DNA from: a virus
Strand: one strand, 5' to 3'
DNA length: 47,741 bases
Virus record (IMG/VR): IMGVR_UViG_3300011008_000125
Of the stretch, positions 43,327-47,741 are shown one piece after another; positions within the stretch are counted from its first letter, which is position 1; every line of letters starts with the position of its first letter. Both the position numbers and the translations under genes were made by a program. Under the pieces are notes generated by a model. It had not been told where the DNA came from and made no database searches. It saw nothing but the letters and a program-made list of their open reading frames with translations.

Positions 43327-44796
43327 TCAGTTGGGGAATTCGCCCACATCCTGAACACCGTTTTCATCCGTTACATACAGTCCGCATTCCAGCGGATGAC
43401 CGGCACGGGGTTCAAAGTAATACCACTTACCGTCAATCTGTTGCCACCCTGTGACGGCATATCCGTCCTTATTGAAATAGTACCTGTGACCGTTTATGTC
43501 CTTCCAGCACTTTGCAAGGTATGTGGTTTCAGAATCCGCATACCACCACCCGTTGCTGTCATGGTTCCATCCGGGTGTATATTTCTGACCAACAATGTCA
43601 TAGTCCGGCGCACCATACCCGGCAATGTCCGCATGGTCAAAAGAATATGCTTTCTTGCAGACCGCGCCGCCATTGGCAATGACAGCGTTTCCGCTGGAAG
43701 TGTTACCTTCAATAGTGTAAAAGATTCTCTGTTTTGTGTCCACCTGATAAATCAGCGCAATGTGGTGGATCCGCGTTGAATTCTTGAAGAATACCAGCCA
43801 ACCGGCTTCAGGAACGGAACCGGGATCATGCCAACGTCCGGCGGTCTTGAACCGTGCCGCCTGTGTGGGTGTATAGAAAGTCCACCCATCAGTTACCGCG
43901 TACAACAGCCTTTTGGCTGTTTCTTTGGTAAAAGCCCGGATGAAGCACCATACAAGGAAGCACAGACACCACGCCTGACCTTGAAATGCAGTCTTGATTT
44001 CATCCCAATACTTTGTGTAGTTGTTGCTTCCGGCGTTTGCCGTCTTGTCATACAGCGCCGGTTTGCTTCCGTCCTTCTTTTCAAGGTATCCTTCTTCTGC
44101 AAGCGCAATCTTTACAAGTGTGTTTTCCGCGCTCATATCATCACCGTTCCCTTCTTCAACCGCATGTTCTTCAATGAACTGCTTACATTTCAGATGCCGT
44201 CCCCAATATCGTGTGTCACCAACCTGATTGTCAGATGACGTGTCTTTCTGATCCGTGACCAAAGCAGCCATGATGTGGTCAAGGTCATAGTTGCCGCCCG
44301 TCCGGTCAAATATCCGTTCAGCGGCTTTCTTGCCGCCTAAGTGCCTGATTTCACAGTACATCATCTGTGCTTTCACGTCATCTGTGTACTTTTCCGCGCA
44401 ATCTTCAACAAATTCGACCATCAGCATTTGAAACAGCGCGTCCTGACATTGCCGTCCAATACTGGAAGAAATCAGTGTCAGCAGTGTTGCCCTTTGTTCA
44501 TCGGTTGGGTTCCAGCGTTCTTTTTCCCAATCATGACCAAGCATTTCAACAATGCTTCCGTCCGTGTCCACTTGCCACACAATTTCAGGCGCAACGTCAA
44601 AAATCATCTGAATAAGCCGTTTTGCTTCCGCGCCATAGTTTTGCGCCCAACCCAGCGTGATGGTGTGTTCCTTTTCGCTGTTGGTGTAAGGGGTCGCATA
44701 GGCGGCGTAATCACGCCGCCCATACACCTGACCGCCTGATTCAACAGCACCAATGACGTTTGTCAGAACGTCCATGTTCTGTTGATTCATGGTCAC
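43327..44796 (-). CDS. Multidomain endolysin (lysozyme/SLT-like N-terminus, CHAP, cell-wall-binding repeats)
   Basis: The N-terminus has GAVESGG. The CHAP-like region has GQAWCLCFLVWCF...HIALIY. The C-terminal repeats are WKDINGHRYYFNKDGYAVTGWQQIDGKWYYFEP. Confidence 0.8.
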   Translation of the reverse strand: MTMNQQNMDVLTNVIGAVESGGQVYGRRDYAAYATPYTNSEKEHTITLGWAQNYGAEAKRLIQMIFDVAPEIVWQVDTDGSIVEMLGHDWEKERWNPTDEQRATLLTLISSSIGRQCQDALFQMLMVEFVEDCAEKYTDDVKAQMMYCEIRHLGGKKAAERIFDRTGGNYDLDHIMAALVTDQKDTSSDNQVGDTRYWGRHLKCKQFIEEHAVEEGNGDDMSAENTLVKIALAEEGYLEKKDGSKPALYDKTANAGSNNYTKYWDEIKTAFQGQAWCLCFLVWCFIRAFTKETAKRLLYAVTDGWTFYTPTQAARFKTAGRWHDPGSVPEAGWLVFFKNSTRIHHIALIYQVDTKQRIFYTIEGNTSSGNAVIANGGAVCKKAYSFDHADIAGYGAPDYDIVGQKYTPGWNHDSNGWWYADSETTYLAKCWKDINGHRYYFNKDGYAVTGWQQIDGKWYYFEPRAGHPLECGLYVTDENGVQDVGEFPN

Positions 44797-45221
44797 CCTT
44801 CTTTCTGTTCGTTGTTTGCCTTTGTGGTCAGAAGGTCAATAGCCTTTGTGATGATAGGCGGCATGGGTATACCCATAAGACCGGCGTTTTCCACAATGCT
44901 GATGACCTCATTTGTGAAGAATCCTATAATCACCGCATCCTTCACATAGTCAATACCAAGGTAAACGTCAACACCCCGTGCAATCACCACGAACGCCAAA
45001 GTGAAGACCTTTCTGCAAAGTCCTTTCCACCCGGCGCGGCTTTCAAGCGCACCGTGCTGTGATTTTTTGGAAGCATGGAATACCCCGGCAACCACAAGAC
45101 CGCTGATGTAATCAGTAATCATTGCCATTACTAAGTATTGCAAAGCTGCCGACCAACCACCCAACAGTGACGCGACCGCACCACCAACAACTCCGATGAT
45201 GGTACAAATTTTCTGTTTCAT
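44793..45221 (-). CDS. Holin (Phage_holin_4/TcdE-like)
   Basis: 142 aa with several TM segments. ITDYISGLVVAG...NEVISIVENAGLMGIPMP is present. It overlaps the endolysin start. Confidence 0.8.
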   Translation of the reverse strand: MKQKICTIIGVVGGAVASLLGGWSAALQYLVMAMITDYISGLVVAGVFHASKKSQHGALESRAGWKGLCRKVFTLAFVVIARGVDVYLGIDYVKDAVIIGFFTNEVISIVENAGLMGIPMPPIITKAIDLLTTKANNEQKEG

Positions 45222-45262
45222 GGTCTTTATCCTTTCTTCAAAATTTTCCCTGTGTGGCTTTC

Positions 45263-45329
45263 ATATAAGCTTATATAGCCGCTTTAAATGGTCAGACGGT
45301 AAATTGACCGCCTAAGAATTAAAGCGGCT
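45263..45329. promoter_or_regulatory. Nested palindromes upstream of the holin gene
   Basis: A 14-bp perfect palindrome atataagcttatat lies at 45263-45276. An 11-bp inverted repeat agccgctttaa/ttaaagcggct (45277-45287/45319-45329) encloses ggtca...tgacc. Confidence 0.4.
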
Positions 45330-45338
45330 TATATGGGC

Positions 45339-45467
45339 TTATTCGTCAATCAGGTCTTCATGCCCGGAAGCAATCAGAATTTCCCTGACTGCCGGTTTCA
45401 GTTCTGCCGGGATTTCGTGAAACGCTTTCTTTCCCTTGATGATAAGACTTGCATACACTTTTGCCAT
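45339..45467 (-). CDS. XkdX-like small phage protein (42 aa, below the ORF-track cutoff)
   Basis: Manual translation gives MAKVYASLIIKGKKAFHEIPAELKPAVREILIASGHEDLIDE*. The RBS GAAAGGACGG is present and the gene sits just before the holin. Confidence 0.6.
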   Translation of the reverse strand: MAKVYASLIIKGKKAFHEIPAELKPAVREILIASGHEDLIDE

Positions 45468-45485
45468 AATGGTCACCGTCCTTTC

Positions 45486-45755
45486 TTACGACATGGATTC
45501 ATACAGTTCCGCAAGGGCAAGCTGTGTGTCAGTCAGGTCTGCTTCCAGCGCCGCGTTCCTGTCATCCATCATCTTGATGTATTCATCCTTGTCATACTGT
45601 GTCAGGGTGTATTCATAGCCGTCAAAACCGCCATCCTGATCTTCCGCACCGGCTTCATGCACCGGCTGGATGTCAGACGCAATCCAAACTGAATATTCAT
45701 CAATGATCTTCTGTTCAGGCTGCGTGTTGCTGCGTGTGTTCGGATACACTTTCAT
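45486..45755 (-). CDS. Small acidic phage protein (XkdW position)
   Basis: The ORF was trimmed to MKVYPNTRSN with the RBS AAAGGTGGGA. The C-terminus is ALEADLTDTQLALAELYE. It overlaps the RT 3' end by 41 nt. Confidence 0.55.
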   Translation of the reverse strand: MKVYPNTRSNTQPEQKIIDEYSVWIASDIQPVHEAGAEDQDGGFDGYEYTLTQYDKDEYIKMMDDRNAALEADLTDTQLALAELYESMS

Positions 45756-46911
45756 TTTGTTTCCCACCTTTCTTTTTCTTGATGTGGTCAAGATAGTATT
45801 TGTCAGCGTATGGCTGAACAGGTGCTATGTACTTTTCAGTCAGCCGGAAGCTGTCACAGTGTATGACCCACCCTTTGTATGACGCGACAGAACACCATTC
45901 TGAATAATTCATTTCCTTGCCGGATTCCACCTTGACGCGTAAGGCGGTCATTTTCCGCTTCAGGGAATCACACGTTGATTTCCTCAACAGGGTGTAATTC
46001 CTGAAAATGCGGTAACCAACAAAGTCAACACCACGGATGAATGACGGGAAAATCTGGTAATTGTCCTTGATCCGTAAGTTCAGGTTGGTCTTCAGGTACA
46101 AATTCATGGATTCAAGCAGCTGTTGCAAGCGTTCCTTGCTGTCTGCAAATACACAAATGTCATCCATATAACGGTAATAATGCTTTACGTGCATTTCTTC
46201 CTTCATCCAATGGTCAAAGCCTGTCAGGTAAAGGTTCCCGTCATACTGTGAAAAATAATTGCCTATGGGAATGCCCAAGCCGTCAATGAACTGTTCACCG
46301 TTGCGCTGAACAATGGTGATGGGCTTTCCGCATGACTTGTAAAACGCAATGTTTTCTTCTGTTGCCGGACATGTGCTGATGCTGTCAATGATTTCATCAA
46401 TCACGGAAAGCAACGCCGGGTCTTTATACTTGCGCCTGAACTGCTTCTTCAGGATGTCATGGTCAATGGAAGGATAGAACTTCTTACAGTCTATCTTCAG
46501 GCAATAAAGCATTTCTTCCGGGCTGTGATCCACGGCGCGGCGTAACTTCCTGAATGCGTCATGTATGCCCTTGTTAGGAATCGCACTGTAAGAATCTTCT
46601 GTGAAGTAATCAAGCAGTGTCGGTTCAATGACCTGAAGGATTGCCCATTGCGCGATACGGTCAGGAAAGAACGGAAGCTTGTATATTTCACGTTCCTTCT
46701 TACCTTCCACCTTTTTGAACATGCCATATTCTGACGTGCGGTAATACCCGGTTTGCAGCATCCATTGCAATGCCGCAAGGTAATATGCCGGTCTTTTCTC
46801 AATCAGTTTTACTTCCGCATACCAGCCTTTGCCTTTCTTAGCGTTTTTATATGCAAGCATAAGGTTGTCCATGCTGCATATCTTTTCAAATAAGAACCCA
46901 TAGCGTTTCAT
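45715..46911 (-). CDS. DGR reverse transcriptase
   Basis: The N-terminus is MKRYGFLFEKICSMDNLMLAYKNAKKGK. PIGNYFSQ is the DGR-type [I/L]GxxxSQ motif. YRYMDDICVFADS is the YxDD active site. A cognate TR/VR pair lies upstream. A GTG at 46923 is an alternative start. Confidence 0.9.
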   Translation of the reverse strand: MKRYGFLFEKICSMDNLMLAYKNAKKGKGWYAEVKLIEKRPAYYLAALQWMLQTGYYRTSEYGMFKKVEGKKEREIYKLPFFPDRIAQWAILQVIEPTLLDYFTEDSYSAIPNKGIHDAFRKLRRAVDHSPEEMLYCLKIDCKKFYPSIDHDILKKQFRRKYKDPALLSVIDEIIDSISTCPATEENIAFYKSCGKPITIVQRNGEQFIDGLGIPIGNYFSQYDGNLYLTGFDHWMKEEMHVKHYYRYMDDICVFADSKERLQQLLESMNLYLKTNLNLRIKDNYQIFPSFIRGVDFVGYRIFRNYTLLRKSTCDSLKRKMTALRVKVESGKEMNYSEWCSVASYKGWVIHCDSFRLTEKYIAPVQPYADKYYLDHIKKKKGGKQNESVSEHTQQHAA

Positions 46912-46923
46912 TTTTGTATGCAC

Positions 46924-47217
46924 TTCACCGAATCTTCAACAAGTCAGCCCTACGTGCTGACAACCTACAAACACAGTTTAGTAATTCAACCCGAAGGTCT
47001 TAATGTATTGGCAAGCGCCACGGCAACAGTTCCGGCAGTATATTTTAAACCGCCCACGTTTTCAGGTAGGTCTTACCGTGTAGGCGGTTTTGTGCATGTA
47101 CTAAGTGCCTGCTGATATTCCGATTACGATTACCCGAACTGTTATTCAAATTCAGATAGAACGTGCCTGATTTCGTGCCATTATTCCAATTCGTGCTACA
47201 TTTAACAACGTGCTATT
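46924..47217 (-). ncRNA. DGR template RNA (TR plus structured spacer up to the RT start)
   Basis: The TR is followed on the minus strand by aaaccgcc...ggcggttt/cacg...cgtg nested stems (47047-47090). A UUCG-loop hairpin (gaccTTCGggtt) and a gtcagc/gctgac hairpin follow. Confidence 0.6.
47099..47217 (-). repeat. DGR template repeat (TR)
   Basis: It gives a gap-free 119-nt alignment to the VR at an offset of 246. It is non-coding (TAG in the VR frame) and rich in AAY codons. Confidence 0.9.
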
Positions 47218-47269
47218 GGTTTACTGGTTGCCGTCAAGCCTTGAATCTTATAGCATGGAACCATTACCT

Positions 47270-47302
47270 TCAAAAAACATCAGGCGGCATCAAGCCGCCT
47301 GA
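47270..47302 (-). terminator. Hairpin 3' of VR: fibre-gene terminator and DGR target-recognition-type hairpin
   Basis: A 9-bp stem tcaggcggc/gccgcctga has a 5-nt loop. On the minus strand it is followed by TGTTTTTTG. Confidence 0.65.
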
Positions 47303-47314
47303 TATAAGCAGTGT

Positions 47315-47741
47315 TTACGCGGCGGCAGCGTCTGACGGGAAATACACCAAGCGCCCGCCGATATACCGATAACGAATACCCGAACCGTAATACAAAGCCA
47401 GATAGAACGCGCCCGACTCCGCGCCACTATTCCAACGCGCGCCACACTTAACAACGCGCCAACCTGTGTTCTGGTTGTAATGGTAGTCACCAACCGGAAC
47501 GGAAGAACTTGCGCCGTTTCCGACTTCTGCCGGGATGAACAGCCAATCAAAGTCTTCCGAATAGGCAAACGCATTGATGTATGCGCCGCCCGTGTACGGC
47601 GGGTGAATACCAGTGTCTTCATAGTTGGTGGCGGTATCGTCCGCAAAGCCGTGGTCAGCCACATAAACGTGTTCAGTACGGTCACCGGCTGCGAACGTTG
47701 ACGGGTTCTTGATGTTGATGCCGTCAACCCACTTCCAGATG
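47315..47741 (-). CDS. Tail fibre protein, DGR target (3' part, C-type-lectin/FGE-like variable domain)
   Basis: ...NVWGNIWKWVDGINI...VADHGFADD...GWRVVKCGARWNSGAESGAFYLALYYGSGIRYRYIGGRLVYFPSDAAAA*. The stop is at 47315-47317. The ORF continues in frame from 1..1553. Confidence 0.85.
   Translation of the reverse strand, partial: IWKWVDGINIKNPSTFAAGDRTEHVYVADHGFADDTATNYEDTGIHPPYTGGAYINAFAYSEDFDWLFIPAEVGNGASSSVPVGDYHYNQNTGWRVVKCGARWNSGAESGAFYLALYYGSGIRYRYIGGRLVYFPSDAAAA
47318..47344 (-). promoter_or_regulatory. IMH-like GC-rich element at the 3' end of VR (absent from TR)
   Basis: The minus strand reads TTCCCGTCAGACGCTGCCGCCGCG between the end of TR homology and the stop codon. TR diverges here. 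Confidence 0.45.
47345..47463 (-). repeat. DGR variable repeat (VR)
   Basis: It has 28 mismatches to TR, all at TR adenines on the coding strand. The 78 non-adenine positions are identical. Confidence 0.9.
47643..47741. repeat. Terminal direct repeat (copy 2), identical to 1-99
   Basis: See copy 1. Confidence 0.9.

Noticed and set aside
45486-45791. The small ORF overlapping the RT 3' end as Avd
   Set aside because: The protein is strongly acidic, with a QLALAELYE-type C-terminus typical of small proteins preceding XkdX and holin in PBSX-like phages. Avd is basic and forms a four-helix bundle. It is kept as an open question in the findings.
46918-47115. 65-aa plus-strand ORF between RT and TR as a possible Avd
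   Set aside because: It is antisense to the TR/spacer RNA and overlaps the TR. Its sequence (MHFTESSTSQPYVLTTYKHS...) is neither helical nor basic like Avd, and it has no RBS.
47218-47232. Extension of TR/VR homology through the shared ctggttg heptamer (47224-47230 versus 47471-47477)
   Set aside because: It requires a 1-nt indel and non-adenine mismatches between 47218-47223 and 47464-47470. It is treated as coincidental, so the 5' boundary is set at 47217/47463.
47290-47727. 145-aa minus-strand ORF overlapping VR in another frame
   Set aside because: It is out of frame with the fibre ORF that reads continuously across the junction. Its composition is Arg/Thr-rich and it runs through the terminator hairpin.

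Overview
The window is a complete temperate phage genome on a circularly closed contig. Bases 1-99 are identical to 47643-47741, leaving about 47,642 bp of unique sequence. The phage has a contractile tail with PBSX-like xkdK-to-xkdU gene order and a Firmicutes-style lysis cassette.

Nearly all genes are on the minus strand:
- Late module (23.9 kb down to 1, wrapping to 47.3 kb): sigma-like late regulator, TerS, TerL, portal, MuF minor head protein, scaffold, capsid, connectors, sheath, tube, a chaperone with a -1 frameshift, tape measure, baseplate and three fibre genes.
- Lysis cassette (43.3-45.8 kb): two small proteins, holin and a multidomain endolysin.
- Early/replication operon (24.4-40.9 kb): ThyX-like, MazG-like, P4-type primase-helicase, PolB, DUF669-like, AAA ATPase, HD, VRR-NUC, SleB-like, SNF2 helicase, an NTG-repeat protein, a C5-MTase-like protein, HTH regulators and small unknowns.
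- Plus-strand lysogeny module (41.0-43.1 kb): CI-like repressor, a 91-aa unknown and a tyrosine integrase.

The main accessory system is a diversity-generating retroelement (DGR). It comprises an RT (45715-46911), a 119-nt template repeat (47099-47217) and a variable repeat (47345-47463) at the C-terminus of a tail fibre that spans the contig junction. All 28 TR/VR differences fall at template adenines. No Avd or HRDC accessory gene is recognisable nearby.

Other notable signals:
- Two paralogous GGTAGACG iteron/AT-rich palindromic loci bracket the early module; they could be ori/crr-like sites for the P4-type primase-helicase.
- A perfect (AC)17 microsatellite sits inside the methyltransferase-like gene.
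- A 37 x 15-bp in-frame repeat array encodes NTG(N/D)(R/C/W) pentapeptides.
- The MuF protein carries a C-terminal HExxH extension and is followed by a small coupled gene.
- A low-GC single-gene island lies in the early operon.

All function calls come from reading the translated ORFs by eye. No database search was run.
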